A stretch of DNA of 55,572 bases from a virus (Duplodnaviria; Caudoviricetes). Numbering within the stretch: position 1 is the first letter of the stretch; every line of letters begins with the position of its first letter. The position numbers were made by a program, and so were the translations under genes. Where the stretch lies: positions 1 to 55,572 of the IMG/VR virus record IMGVR_UViG_3300043413_000016, one strand, 5' to 3'. Shown here one piece after another: positions 18,021 to 29,900 of this stretch. Below the pieces are notes generated by a model that saw only the letters and a list, made by a program, of their open reading frames with translations, ran no database searches and had not been told where the DNA came from.

Positions 18021-18280
18021 TTTTCCCCCCAAATGTCGGGTTTCTGCGCCTCACGCGCCGCCAGTCGCCAGATCAGGCCAGCCTCTTTGACTGCTGCCTC
18101 CAGCACCGCCTGGGTGCGCCCAGAGCCTGCCGCGCGGTCATTCATGCTGGCCATTGCCAGCTTGGCAATTTCGCACGTGACGTGCGTGCGCTCCTTCTCG
18201 GTCTCCGCGTCGCACAACGTCGCCTGCTGTTTCAGCAGCGCGACCTGCGCGTCGATGAACTCCTGCTGTGTAGCCATCAA
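18017..18280 (-). CDS. hypothetical protein
   Basis: Coupled ORF. Confidence 0.65.
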   Translation of the reverse strand: MMATQQEFIDAQVALLKQQATLCDAETEKERTHVTCEIAKLAMASMNDRAAGSGRTQAVLEAAVKEAGLIWRLAAREAQKPDIWGEK

Positions 18281-18735
18281 AGGCCCCTTCTCTGCAATCT
18301 GTCAAAAAGCCGCTTTCGGTGCCAGCGCCAGGTCTCGCCAGTAACGCCGTGAGCAGCCCCGGCTGCCACGTCTGTCTGACCGTCAATCCAGCGCTCGACA
18401 ATCTCTAGATCCCGGCCGCGCAGTGACTGCAAAATGCGCACGCGCTCTGCCGTGAGCGTCGATTCGACGGCCGTGCAGTCTGTGGTCGCGTGCCAGTCGT
18501 CCATTGGTACATGCATCGGCACGCGCTTAGCTTTGTACCCGTAGACTAGGCCCTGCACCGCGTCCAAGATTCGCCGCTGGAGAACGATCTGCAAGGCGTC
18601 GGGTTTCGCCAGCAGTGCCATCGCGGCTTCTTGTTCGGCGTCGTCCCGGTCGAATACCGCAGCAAGGCGCGCATTGCCTGGCTGCCGCGCCCAGTAGCTG
18701 GCGGCTGCTGTTACGCGCGGGTCAACAGCTTGCAT
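18277..18735 (-). CDS. ECF sigma-factor-like protein
   Basis: RDDAEQEAAMALL (region 2-like) and LRGRDLEIV...GQT...HGVTGETWRWHRKRLFDRL (region 4-like HTH). Confidence 0.6.
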   Translation of the reverse strand: MQAVDPRVTAAASYWARQPGNARLAAVFDRDDAEQEAAMALLAKPDALQIVLQRRILDAVQGLVYGYKAKRVPMHVPMDDWHATTDCTAVESTLTAERVRILQSLRGRDLEIVERWIDGQTDVAAGAAHGVTGETWRWHRKRLFDRLQRRGL

Positions 18736-19168
18736 GTGCGTAGCTCCATATCAGCAAGTGACGCACGCCGAATCTGTCCAAGCGTTCGCAGGTTGTCAGA
18801 CCGCCAGCCTCTAAAGCGCGTGCGATCAAACCGCTGCACACGTATCTGTCACGCCGCCCGGCATCGCGCCAAAGCAAAAAGCTGGCGATGTCCATTAAGT
18901 CGTAAGGCTCGCCCATGCGGTCAAGCAGCCAGTCTGCAGCCGCTCTTTCGTCAGGCAGCGGCACAGAGAGATCGGCAACCAATGTGCGCCCGTGCAGGAA
19001 CTGCTCCAGGCTGTGCGTGGCTACACCCTTGGGCCAACTGGCATCTACCACCGTCCCGTCACTGAGCACGGCCCCGCAGTGACTGGCCAAGCCGCCCTCA
19101 AAAGCACGGATAAGCCGGCTACCGACCTGCGCAAAGCCGGTGTCGGTGGCGGTGAACAGTATCCTCAT
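18722..19168 (-). CDS. permuted papain-like (NlpC/P60, YiiX-type) amidase
   Basis: SHCG precedes GEPYD...YVCSGL. Confidence 0.8.
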   Translation of the reverse strand: MRILFTATDTGFAQVGSRLIRAFEGGLASHCGAVLSDGTVVDASWPKGVATHSLEQFLHGRTLVADLSVPLPDERAAADWLLDRMGEPYDLMDIASFLLWRDAGRRDRYVCSGLIARALEAGGLTTCERLDRFGVRHLLIWSYAHASC

Positions 19169-19875
19169 CCCGCGCCTTCTTGGTACGTGGGCGGCCACTG
19201 CACCTGGCCTGGCGGTGTTCCCGCCTCAATGGCGGCCTGGGCCGCAGAGTCAATCGCGCCCTCTTGCCCCATTGCCGCGAGCAGCAGGTCGAACATCAGA
19301 CCGATGGTCAGGTTGACATCGCCGCCTGACATCATGCGCCACTTTTGCTGCAACCCCGTGCGGGGGTTGCGCATGGGCGCCGACGTGATGGCTGCCCATT
19401 GCTGGGCTGGCAAAATGGCCTTGAGAACGCCCACAACGCCGGCCATCATCAGGCCCATTTGCTGGTCGCGCGACTGGTAGTTGCTGTGCCACCAGACCGT
19501 CTGACCGTTGACCTGCAGCGGGAAACCGCCGTTGAGTTGCAGGCGCGTGCGGGTGTGGCGAATCAGGTCGGCACTAGTAGGGGCAGCGTAGCCAGGTACA
19601 CCCAACACCGATGCCACGGGGGCGCCGGTCCAGTAGTGCTGGCCAAGGGTCTGAATGAGCTGCTGCTGCCGGGCCTGGCCTTGCTCGTTGTTCGCCCAAT
19701 GGCCCATCCAAAACCAGCCCGATGCGACATTCGGCGCCTCTCCAGCGCTCCAATTCAACAACCCAATCTCACGCTGCAGCACGCCGCCCTGCAGCGACAA
19801 AATGCCATTGTCGTGCAGCAGTTGCGTCATTGCTGCCGGGGTGTCGGCGCGGATCACAATTGAGATTGTTGACAT
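19165..19875 (-). CDS. putative tail fibre accessory protein (DUF4376-like C-terminus)
   Basis: RTRLQLNGGF...WWHS...SRDQ...WRMMSG; follows the fibre gene. Confidence 0.55.
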   Translation of the reverse strand: MSTISIVIRADTPAAMTQLLHDNGILSLQGGVLQREIGLLNWSAGEAPNVASGWFWMGHWANNEQGQARQQQLIQTLGQHYWTGAPVASVLGVPGYAAPTSADLIRHTRTRLQLNGGFPLQVNGQTVWWHSNYQSRDQQMGLMMAGVVGVLKAILPAQQWAAITSAPMRNPRTGLQQKWRMMSGGDVNLTIGLMFDLLLAAMGQEGAIDSAAQAAIEAGTPPGQVQWPPTYQEGAG

Positions 19876-19884
19876 GATGCGTCC

Positions 19885-21579
19885 TTAGACTGTGAGAGCC
19901 TGCAGCGCGGCGCCGGTGATGTACTGGCCGGGGAGGACGCGCAGCTCGGCAATCTTGACCGCCTGGATCTGGTTGAGCCCGCCAGTGGTGAGCGCCCCTA
20001 GGATCAGATGCGTCGTACCGGCCCCCGTGAAGTCGAAATTGCTGATGCTTTGCACTGCCCCGCCGTTGACGCTCATCAGCAGATTGGTGCCGCTCCACGA
20101 GATCGCCACCCGATTGAGAGAGCCGTCTGTCAGCTCGGGCTGCGTGGCGACGGCCGCCCCGTTACCGCTGGCGAAAACCCCGGTCGGCGCGCAGGAGATG
20201 CGGGCGAAGTTGCCCGTTGCCAACGACGCCCCAGCGCTTAGGGCCAGGAGTGCTTCGTTGCCGTCCGATGCGTAGGGCTTGCAGTACTTGAGGATGATGG
20301 TGTTGGCGCCCCACCCCGCGGGGAACAGCGCAGCCAGCTCCGAGCCCGTTATCGCGTGGCCTGGAACATCAGCAGCGCGGGTGACCGTGCCGGTGCCGGG
20401 GTTGGGAATGTAGCTGGTGGGATAGGCGCCGGGTTCGGCGTTGCGGACGGACACCCTAATAGCCGTAGCCCCGGTTGCGCCGCTGTACGCCTCCGAGGTG
20501 CCGTCAGCGCTGGCGCCAAAAACAACAGTGTTAAACCCGTCAAGTGCGGCTGCAACCGTCACGATACAGCGCCACCAACCCGACTCTGCGGCCACGGTGC
20601 GACCGGAGAGGCCCGCCGACACCGACACCACCGCCCCGGCAGCAAGGTTAAAAAACGCAAACTGCAGCGCGCCGGCTGAGTCAATCAAACGCAAGTACAC
20701 GTAGTCCCTCGCTCCGGCTTGCGCCAAAAACTCGATCGTGTGAGCTGCGCCAGTCGTCGGCACCGTCTGGAAAAACCGGTGGAATCCCGAGCTGGCATCC
20801 TCAACAAGCGCCGCACCTGCAACGCCGTCTGGTGCGAGTACCGGGCTCAGGTCTACACCAGTGCGGGACCACACAGGGTTGGTTAGATCCGCTGGCGATG
20901 CAAACAGCTGCGTCCTCGCCCCCTCCAGCAGCAGCCCCGGAACGCCGTGCGTGTAGTCGGGGGTGCGCATGAGGAAGACGGGGGAGGTGGTGGTGGGGAC
21001 GTATTCCAGCGCGACGGGGCCAAAATTCAGCTGCACGTCGGTAACAGTAAATGTTTCCCCGTTGCTCGACAAATCAGATGCGTTGACAAACCCAAATATC
21101 TGGAGCCCTTCACCAGCAGCGCTAGCGTTTGTTACCGTAAAACTAAAAACTGTAGGTGTTGTCGTAGCCGTAAAATCGGCTGAAAAGTTGTCAACAACCC
21201 CACCGTGTGTGTTTTTTAATCTGAAACGCTTTGTGCCGGCCGCCACCGAAACCTTTGCTTGAACCGTAAATGTTTGCCCAGCGGTGGCAATAGACACGAA
21301 TTGTCTGACCTCTGAAGCTATTCCGGCTCCGATAGTGACGGTGCTTGCAGTGCTTGACGCACCAAGCGTACCGTTCCAGGACGCAGCTGCAAGGTTTTGA
21401 CTTTGCAGCAGCAGGTTATGCGCCCCATACACCACATCCCCGTCGCTCTCCTGCATCGTCCCCGCGCCTGTGCGGGTCCAGCCAAAGCGGGTGCGCAGGT
21501 CGGTGGCGGTCAACGCTGCAAAATTGAGCACGCGGGGGCCAAGGGCCGCACCGCGCAACAAGCTCAGCGGCAACGGCAT
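19885..21579 (-). CDS. fibre/spike protein with carbohydrate-binding-like domains
   Basis: NLLLQSQ, GLLLEGART and PTSYIP...VTRAAD motifs; ATG 21579. Confidence 0.75.
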   Translation of the reverse strand: MPLPLSLLRGAALGPRVLNFAALTATDLRTRFGWTRTGAGTMQESDGDVVYGAHNLLLQSQNLAAASWNGTLGASSTASTVTIGAGIASEVRQFVSIATAGQTFTVQAKVSVAAGTKRFRLKNTHGGVVDNFSADFTATTTPTVFSFTVTNASAAGEGLQIFGFVNASDLSSNGETFTVTDVQLNFGPVALEYVPTTTSPVFLMRTPDYTHGVPGLLLEGARTQLFASPADLTNPVWSRTGVDLSPVLAPDGVAGAALVEDASSGFHRFFQTVPTTGAAHTIEFLAQAGARDYVYLRLIDSAGALQFAFFNLAAGAVVSVSAGLSGRTVAAESGWWRCIVTVAAALDGFNTVVFGASADGTSEAYSGATGATAIRVSVRNAEPGAYPTSYIPNPGTGTVTRAADVPGHAITGSELAALFPAGWGANTIILKYCKPYASDGNEALLALSAGASLATGNFARISCAPTGVFASGNGAAVATQPELTDGSLNRVAISWSGTNLLMSVNGGAVQSISNFDFTGAGTTHLILGALTTGGLNQIQAVKIAELRVLPGQYITGAALQALTV

Positions 21580-23363
21580 TAGGCCCCCGACAAGCTGTAG
21601 GCAGCCGCGCCCGCAACGCGGTTGAGGACGACATAGCCAACGGGGTTTGATGCCAGCGTGCGCGTCAGCGTGCTGGTGCCGCCGTTGAGCGTGGGGCCAC
21701 CGGAAACTGCAAACGTCACCGAGCCCGTGGCCGGCAACCAAACTGCCTGGCCATCCGAAGGTGTCCACAAGGTCGATGCGTCAACCGTGTAGGCTGTCGA
21801 TGCCGCAGCGCGGGCCTGCGTGTTTGCGTGCTGCGGGCGCAGCGTCACGGCGCCTGAGTCGTCCCGCAGCGCCCCAGTCGCTGGCCGTCGCGTTTTGGTC
21901 AGCTTGGGCGCAGAGATCCCGACTTTGATATCGGGGCACGCCGTTGCAGCGTACACGCTCACCCGCGCTGCTGATGCAGTAAATCCGCCCTGCCCCATCG
22001 CCGCAACGTCAGGCGTTGCAAGGTGCAGCGTCACAGTGCTCGTGCCCGATGGCATGACCGTCGCGTCAATCGCCTGCTGGATGAGCACGGTGCCGCCAGC
22101 TGCGCCAGTTAGCGTAACTGTTACGTCCACAGTGTTGAATGCAACCGGCGCAGCGCCGAGCGACGTAATCGTGACATCACACTCAACCTGCACAAACTCG
22201 TCGGAGGTCAACGCCAGGTTGCCCGTCATGCCGGTGGCTGTAGAGGTCAAGTCGCACGGGATGGCCATAAAAACCGGCTGCCAGTCAACCAAGCCACGCA
22301 CCTCAATCGACTGCGTGGTGACGCCGTTTTGCGTGCTGACCACGCTGTTTGATTTTGTCCCGCTGGCTGCGGTGATCCCAAAGCCAACAGCCTGGGTGCC
22401 CCAGCTGTTTGCTTCTTGGTTCGCCAGGGTGGCGTTGCTGATCCAGTTGCCCTCGAACACGCCTTTTGCAGGCTGGCCGTACCACGCTGTAAGCTGGGCA
22501 GCCGTTGGGCGGGCAAGGGCAATTTTGCCGCCGCCGCCGAGGTGTATGCCGTCGTAGCTGATCCCAGGCAGGTACGCCCCGGTTGCGTCATGCGTGACGT
22601 TGAGCGGGTCGATAAATGCGTACCCTTGGGCGCCGAAAGTGGCTGTTAGCGTTGATCGGCACCAGGCATTCCACTCGACGACGGCTTGCCGAATCAGCGC
22701 CAAGTTTGCATTGGCCGCGCTGTATCCCGGGCAGCCGTAATCACACACGCGGGCATTGGATGCCAGGATGCGGGCAATCAGTGCAGTGGCTGACGTCTTG
22801 GCCGCGTCCAGTACGGCGGTATACGTGCCAGCCGTCACCGTGGCCAGGTTGTTTGTGGGCAAGTGCAGCAGCACCACGTCGGGCGACTGGGCCAGAATGT
22901 CGCCAGCTGAGTATCGCGTTGCCGATGCCGACAGCGTATCCCGAGCCAGCATTTGTGCCAGCGTCTGCCCGCCAATGCCGCCTTGAGCAACGACGCGCGC
23001 TTGGGGGTAAAACATCCCAAGGGCGAATCCCTCGGTTTGGTACTGATTGGTTGTGGCCCCCGCAGGCATGACGGCCTGGAACGGGCTCAGGCTGCTGTTT
23101 GCGTACGTTGGCGCGACAAGTGACAGCGAAGTGCCAAGCGTCGCCACACGCACGGGCAGGTCGCGCTCAGCTCTGCTGATCGTCGCCAGCGGGGCGCCGG
23201 CTGCGTCAAGGGCTACGCCGGCAGCGGTCAATGCTGCCACCCCGGTAGCGCCTGCGGTGGTCTGGGCGGTGGTCAGCGCGACGGCGCCGATTTGCTCCCG
23301 CACATCCGCTTGATCTTGCGCGGTCAGAGGTGATCCGCCTACGGCCAGTGGTTTCGTTGCCAT
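21579..23363 (-). CDS. SGNH/GDSL hydrolase-domain tail spike
   Basis: GTSLS, GIGGQT, TNN and DGIHL blocks. Confidence 0.8.
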   Translation of the reverse strand: MATKPLAVGGSPLTAQDQADVREQIGAVALTTAQTTAGATGVAALTAAGVALDAAGAPLATISRAERDLPVRVATLGTSLSLVAPTYANSSLSPFQAVMPAGATTNQYQTEGFALGMFYPQARVVAQGGIGGQTLAQMLARDTLSASATRYSAGDILAQSPDVVLLHLPTNNLATVTAGTYTAVLDAAKTSATALIARILASNARVCDYGCPGYSAANANLALIRQAVVEWNAWCRSTLTATFGAQGYAFIDPLNVTHDATGAYLPGISYDGIHLGGGGKIALARPTAAQLTAWYGQPAKGVFEGNWISNATLANQEANSWGTQAVGFGITAASGTKSNSVVSTQNGVTTQSIEVRGLVDWQPVFMAIPCDLTSTATGMTGNLALTSDEFVQVECDVTITSLGAAPVAFNTVDVTVTLTGAAGGTVLIQQAIDATVMPSGTSTVTLHLATPDVAAMGQGGFTASAARVSVYAATACPDIKVGISAPKLTKTRRPATGALRDDSGAVTLRPQHANTQARAAASTAYTVDASTLWTPSDGQAVWLPATGSVTFAVSGGPTLNGGTSTLTRTLASNPVGYVVLNRVAGAAAYSLSGA

Positions 23364-23369
23364 GTAGCG

Positions 23370-23513
23370 TTATCCAAGTGTGAGGTTTTGACCGCCCAGG
23401 GTGAGCGTTGATCCGCCCAAAGTCATGGTGTTGCCAGATGGAGGAGCGCCCCCCCCTGCATTGCCAGGCGCGGGCAAGCTCGGCAGCCGCAACGCAAGTG
23501 CCGGCGTGAACAT
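23370..23513 (-). CDS. short virion-associated peptide
   Basis: MFTPALALRL...TLGG repeats; coupled to the upstream gene. Confidence 0.5.
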   Translation of the reverse strand: MFTPALALRLPSLPAPGNAGGGAPPSGNTMTLGGSTLTLGGQNLTLG

Positions 23514-23788
23514 CAGTCGTAGGCGGCAACCACGCCGCTGGTCAGGGTGTAGGCCGTGAACGGGCCAAACAGCACCGTGCCTGCCGGGATCGTCACGCCA
23601 GTCAGTGAGCCGGTGGCCCAGGTGCGCGTCAGCGATGCAAACACCGTGTCGGTGATGCACTGGATTTGCTTGACGTTGATGCCCGTAACGGCCGTGGTGT
23701 TGGTGGTGTAGCGCACCGGGCCCGAGCCGTTCACGTCGGCCGTTCTGTTGCCGCCGTTTTCGTCAACGCGGCCATGAATCCTGTCCAT
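23513..23788 (-). CDS. small structural protein
   Basis: GAGGG RBS; beta-rich; first gene after a late promoter. Confidence 0.75.
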   Translation of the reverse strand: MDRIHGRVDENGGNRTADVNGSGPVRYTTNTTAVTGINVKQIQCITDTVFASLTRTWATGSLTGVTIPAGTVLFGPFTAYTLTSGVVAAYD

Positions 23789-23833
23789 ACTGTGCCCTCA
23801 CGCATGCGCCGTGGCGGCGCGTGTCTTGGCGCG

Positions 23834-23869
23834 AGGATATGGGCGGGGTCAGGGGCGTTTTGTGGGCGG
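23834..23869 (-). promoter_or_regulatory. putative late promoter
   Basis: CCGCCCACAAAAC-N17-TATCCT. Confidence 0.75.
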
Positions 23870-23987
23870 TGCTACAGGAGCCAGAAGTAGACCCACGCAG
23901 CAAGGGCAACTACAGCGGCGCCGATCATGAGCGTAGGGCCTCCGCTGGCAACCACGGCCAGCATGAAGACAAGCCAAACGGATGTCC

Positions 23988-26900
23988 TCACCCAACCTCC
24001 GCAAACCGCGCACGTTCGCGCAGGAAGTCTTTGCTGTCGGGCAGCGTGATGCCCTGCTCGGTGTTGGCGGTGTTGCGCCGCCTGTTCATCATCGACCGCG
24101 CGATGGTCGTGCTGGTGATCTGCATTTGCGGGTTGGCGCGGTTCCAGTTGGCGATGCGCTCGCGCAGCTCGTCCACCGCTTCCATGTCGCCATCAATGCG
24201 CGCCTTGGCCATCTGCGAAACCAAGCGCTGCCGGCGCTCGTCCAGCGCCGTCTTGGCGTTCATCACGGCGTTGCGGCCCTCGAACATTTCGCTGGCCCTA
24301 GCCGGTGCAAAGCCGCTGAAGCGCCCGATGATCTCGGCTGTGGTAAGTTCCATCAGAGGCTCGCCCGTGTAGCTGGTGATGCCCTCCTGGCCTTCGCGCA
24401 CAGCTTTCAGCGGATCGCGGATGAACTTGGGCACCACCGATTCCACAGCCTTGGAGTAGTCACCGCGCGCCATGTGGTCGGCTGCCGTGTACCAGCCCAG
24501 GATGGTGCCAGCCGTGGGGCCCAGGATGTTGCCCATGTCATTGGCGAAGGCTTCGCGCGGGTTCTCGCCTTCGCGCCCGCCATCGCGCCACCACAGGTCA
24601 CTCAGACTGACCCGGCCGCTGATGTCCCAGGCCGGCATCAGTGCCCGCGGCACACCCCTGGCCATGAACTCGCCCCACTCCTTGTCGGCCAGCATGTTGC
24701 GATACTCGGTCTTCCAGTCCCAGGGCTCTTCATCGTCGCCTTGCAGCGCGTTCACCAAGCCCTGCACTAGCCCGGCAAAGAACGACACCCCGGGCAAGCC
24801 CAAACTGCCAGCCATGGCGCCAGTTACCATGAACGTGGAAAGAAGCTGGTTCCTGGCAATGCGCCGCACTTCTGGGCTCTCGTCCTTCAGGGCTTGGTAC
24901 GCGGCGCGGCCCAGGAAGTAGGTCATGTTCTGACTGAACTGCTTGAACTGCGTCACCACCCGCGCGACGTTGCCCTGCATGTACCGGGCGCGGTTGCTGG
25001 CCGAGTAGTCGAACTGGCTGCGCTTGATGGCTTCGCGCGCCGCATCCATTGCCTTCTCTTCGTTCGCAGATTTGCCCATTTCCAGTCGGTACGCCATCAG
25101 TGCCGTCACTTGGCGATTCATAACCTCTGGAACGTGGAAGGTCCATCCCACGATTCGCATGGCCCGCGCGATGGCAAACGATGCCCTGCTGCGCGCCTGG
25201 TTGCCCACGTCGCGGCTGGTTGCTGATGCCAAGTCGTGCGCCTGGGTCAAGTCGATCACGCCCTCTTCTTGCAGGGTCGAGATGGCCCGGCGCTCGTCGG
25301 CAGAAAGTTTCGGGCTCTGCGCCGCGTTGAAGCCGCTCTTGGCGTTGGGCTTGGCCCCCATGATGTCGGCGTAGGCTTTACCCATGGCAGCCGTGGCCCG
25401 GGTGAAGCCGTATCGCGCGCCGATGTAGGGCAGCGCCACCATGGGGACCTGCAGCATGTTGATAAGGCCGGCCGCTGGCGACAGGCCCAGGTACATGACG
25501 AAGCCCACCTGCGTGGCAGCCGCAGACAACGGGTGCGTGTCTGGGTTCAGGGCCGCGTCATGGCGCTGCGCCAGTTCGCCCAGGATCTGCGAATGCTTGG
25601 TGAAATCGCCCTCGGGTGCGCTCTCAATCTGCTTGTAGGCATCCTCCAGCGCAAACGTCATCTTGTCGCCGTGATTCAACCGGGCGATGTGGCCAGCCGC
25701 GTGGAAGGCGCTCGACGCGAAGCCGCGCATCACGTCAGCAGAGAAGCCGGCTGTGTTCTTGCGGTGCGTGAAGTGCTTGCGGTAGCTCAGGTCAGGCAAC
25801 GCCTTGATGAACAACTGGTTCAGGTCGTCCAGCAACTGCTCCTTCATAGACGTGGGTGAAGCGCCAATGCGGGCCTCTTTCATGTCCATCTTGTCGATGA
25901 CCTGCAGCACGTCACCAATGAACTTGCCCGCTGAGCCATCCATGGCGCGGTTGTACTTCTTGGCCATCTGCAGCTTCACGCTGAAGCCGTCAGCCTCCAG
26001 CGCGCGGGCGGCGGCGGCCTGCTCCCCGGCGTTCTCGTAGGCGGCCACCACGCGCTCGCCGTCGCTGTCGCGGTTGGCGATGACAAGGAAGTCGCCAAAG
26101 CGGTGCAGCGGGAAGTACGGGCCGCCCTGCATGTACTGGTCAAAGCGCTTGCGGATGTCGGCCAGTGCCACGGCACGCTCAGCGCGGTTTTCGATCAGGC
26201 GCGCAATGCGACCCTCCAGCGCCTTGCGCAAGTCGGCAAGCGTACCCGCGTGGAAGTCGCGCACTTTGGCATACATGGCCTGGGCATCCTTGGGCAGCAT
26301 GCGGTACTTGGCGCGCAGCATTGCGTGCGCTTGGCGCTGCTCTTCGGTGGCCCTTGCTGGTGGGTCGTCCTTGTCGGGGTGCACTTGGGCAACCGTCGCA
26401 TCCAGCATCACCCTGGCGAGCCGGTCGTTCACCTCGGCGTCGATCTTGCTCCACTCTTCGTACAGTTCCTCGGCTTTCTGCGCGGCGCCCTGGCGCTCGT
26501 TTTCCATCTGACGGGTCAGGTTGTCGTAGTCCCTGACCGGTGGAATCTCGTCGCCGTACATATCCGCGATCTGGTCGCGGGTCATGGCTCCCAGCCAGAA
26601 CGGGCGGGCGCCTTCGCTGATGGCGCGCACGCGATCTGCTTTGGTCTCGCCGGCTTTGGAGAAGATGCCGCCCTTGGCGTTCAGGAGGTCTTGGGCGGTC
26701 AATTTGCCGGTCGCCCTGCTGATGTCAAAGAACCGCGCCTTCTGCGCATCAGTCAGCATCAAGTCGCTTTGCCGGCTGCCATCTGAGGCCATCACGGCTT
26801 CCAATCCCCGCAGTATCGGCGCATCGCTGCGCAGACCCAGAAGGCCTTTGAGCTTGCTGATGGCTTCGTCAAGCCACACGCCGATGCGCTGCCAAACGCT

Positions 26901-29900
26901 GTCCTTGGTGGCAAACCGGTTGCCCAGCAGGCGCGTAGCGTTCACGGCCCAGAACTCGCTGGGGTTGATAAGTTGGTAGTGCTGGTCGTAGTTCAGGGGG
27001 CCTTGCTGTATGGCCTTCACCAGCGCCTTGTAGGCTTCAAGGTCGCCAGCAATGGCTTTGGTCACGTTGCCCAGCGCTTCGCGTTGCTCTGGCGTTGCGT
27101 TCTTGATGGCCTTTGCCAGCGCCTTGGCCCACTCTCCGCGGATCGCGCTCTGCATCTCCGGCGTCATCATCCGCTCAGCATGGTGCAGGATTTCATGTAC
27201 CGCCGTGCCCACGTTGTCGGCACCTTTGAACAGTCGCACGATCTCGGCCGCTGGGTTGTAGTCGCCAGCAGTGCCGCCTTCGGTCGGCGTGCGAACACTT
27301 ATTGCCAGGCGCTCGGCCAGCGCAGGGTTTTTGTCCAGCGCCCACAAAGCAAAGTCCACAGCCTCGGGGTTGATGTCGCCTTGTCGTCGGGCTCGAATCA
27401 ACCGCTCGCGCACGATGTCAGCGCCACGCTCGCGGTCGCGCATCAGGCGGTTAGCTGCCTTGGTGTCGGAAACATCCTGCATCTGCAACGCAAGGTTGCG
27501 AACGGCCATGGCGAAGTAGGGCTCGCTGATTTCGCCTTGTTCAAGTCGGCGCACCAGCGCAGCCAGTTTGCGGGTGGCCTGCAGGTTTGGAACCTCTGCC
27601 GGCTCGTAGCCCTGGGCTGCCATCTTGGCGCCAATGCGGCTGAGATCTTGGACGGTGAGTTTGCCGGGCGGCTTGCCGGTCAGCGCTGCACCAAGGGCGC
27701 GGCTGTACTTGGCGCCGCCTGAATCCGGCACCGGTTGGTCAATCTCAAGGTCCATCAGGTCAGCAGCACGGGTGTCACCAGCTTCGCGCAGCAGGCTTGC
27801 AACCCTGTCGTCGCCCGATCCGATCACATCGTCAAAGGTTTGGTCGGATTCCTCAAGTGCGGCGCTGAACAAGTCGGCGTCAACGTAGACCACGGGCACA
27901 GCAATGTCCGCCTTCTTCGCTGCCGCCAGCCGATGCGAGCCTGTCAGCGCATAGGTTCCGTTGCCGTTGTCCCAGACAAGGATCGGCCTTCCCTCCCAAC
28001 CGCTTTCTTGCATGCCCGCAACAAGTGTTGCCAGTTTCGCGCGGTCACGCGGGGGATGAATCTCGATGATGCTGCGGGCCTCCAACTCGTCGTCGGGCTG
28101 CATGCTGCGGGTTGTATCACGGCTGAATGCAGGCGCCATGCCCTGGCCCATGCCCTGCCGCGCCATGGCCTGCAGCCCGTCGCGCGCCAACTTGCGCAGC
28201 GTTGCCGGGTCTGCAAGCAGCTTGGCCCGCAGCTTCATGCCAATGCCTGCGGCCTGCAGCGCTTTTGCAAGACCAGCACGCAAGGCAGCCATCAGGTCTT
28301 CAACCCAGCGGCGCAAAGTGCTGGGCACGCGCTCGCGGTCGGCTTGGTACTGCTCCACACTGTACGCGGCCAGCTCCTCAAGCCGCGCCTCGCCGGTCAC
28401 GTCGTCAGGGATGCGGCCGGCTGCCTGCTTGAAGAACCGATTCACCGCGCTGTCGGGTGACTTTGCCAAGGCGTCGATCTTCGCCAGGCGGTCCATCAGG
28501 GCGGTGTAGGTAGCCTCGCCAACCGTGGCGCGCAGCGTGGCATGCAGCGCTTCGTGGTATGCCACGGCAGTGCTGCCCTGGGTCGTGTTGGCTGCAAACA
28601 AGCCAATGGTCCCGTTCTGCGTGACACCAGCGGCATCGGCAGGCATGCCACGGCCTGGGCGGTCGGCAATCGTCAGCAGCCCGGCTTGCTCCAGGACGCC
28701 AATGGCCTCGGGGCTGAACTCGGCTTCAAGGGCGGTGCGAAGGTCGGCGGCGCTTCTTGGCAGGGCAAACAGTTCGTCGTTTTCGCTCAGCGCCTTGAGG
28801 GCGTTGGTTTCAGCTCTACTGCCCGTGCGGCTGTACAGCGCCACGTTGCCAGCGTCGTCGGTGCGGGTCTTCAGTTCGCCAACAAACTCGTCCAGGGCCT
28901 TGTTGATAGCGATGCGTTCTGCGCCCGTTGGGTATGGCCGTTTGAAGCCCCAGGGCGTCAGGATGCCGGCGTTCTCAGGGCCGTAGTTCAGGAACCGGCT
29001 GGTGCCGCCCTGAGTGGCGATCTTGTCTTTCACGTAGCCCTGAAAGGCTCGTGCCGCCATTTCGTGCGGTGTGGTCCAGTAGTCGCCGCCCCGGCCCTGG
29101 TCAAGCTCGCGGGCCTCGCGCGCAAACTCGGTGGGCACCATGCGCTGCTTCTCGGTGCCACTCTGCGCCTCGGCTAGCATCTTCAGGCGCTGGCTGTAGC
29201 GGTTCATGTTGCCACGCAGGCGGTCCATCAGGCCGTTCTGGTTGGTGCCATCGAAGCCGCTGCGCCCGCGCACCTGCTTGTAGATCGCGCTCAGGCGTTC
29301 CAGCGAGTCGTTTGTCCAGCGCGTCACTGCTTTGCTTCCGGTCGGCGTGCTGACGGATGGAACCTTGACAGTCGTCCAGTCGGTCGTGATCGCAAGCATG
29401 TCGCCGTCGATCATGGCCTTGGCAATGGCGTCGAACTCGGCCAGCAGTTCTGCGCTGGCCGGCTTGTTGTTGCGCTTCCAGTAGCGCACGTCCTTCTGTT
29501 CTGACAAGTCGCGGCGCAGGCTGTCCAGGGCTGATGCCAGTTCCTCGCGGGTGGCCCCGGTGAACTTGTCCACCTTGGCCATGTCCTCCACGTAGGTTTC
29601 GGCGCGCTTGGTCATCGTGGTCAGCAACTTCTCGTAAGCCGCGCGCACCTCCGGCCGCACACCAGACCGATTGCGGGTGAAGCCGCCGCTGGCCAAGTCA
29701 TCCGTGGCATCGCTGCTGGTCTTCAGCGAACGGGTGCCGTCCTTGTTGATGACCCAGGTTGCCGATGCTTTGCCGTCCTGCCGGCCAAAGTAGTGGTCCA
29801 GCGCGTGGAACCACTCATGCGCAAGACTGCCAGCGCCGCGCTCTTTGGTCAGGTTGATGACAGCCCGGTCCAGTTCGTAGTGAGCACGGGCGCTGTTCAA

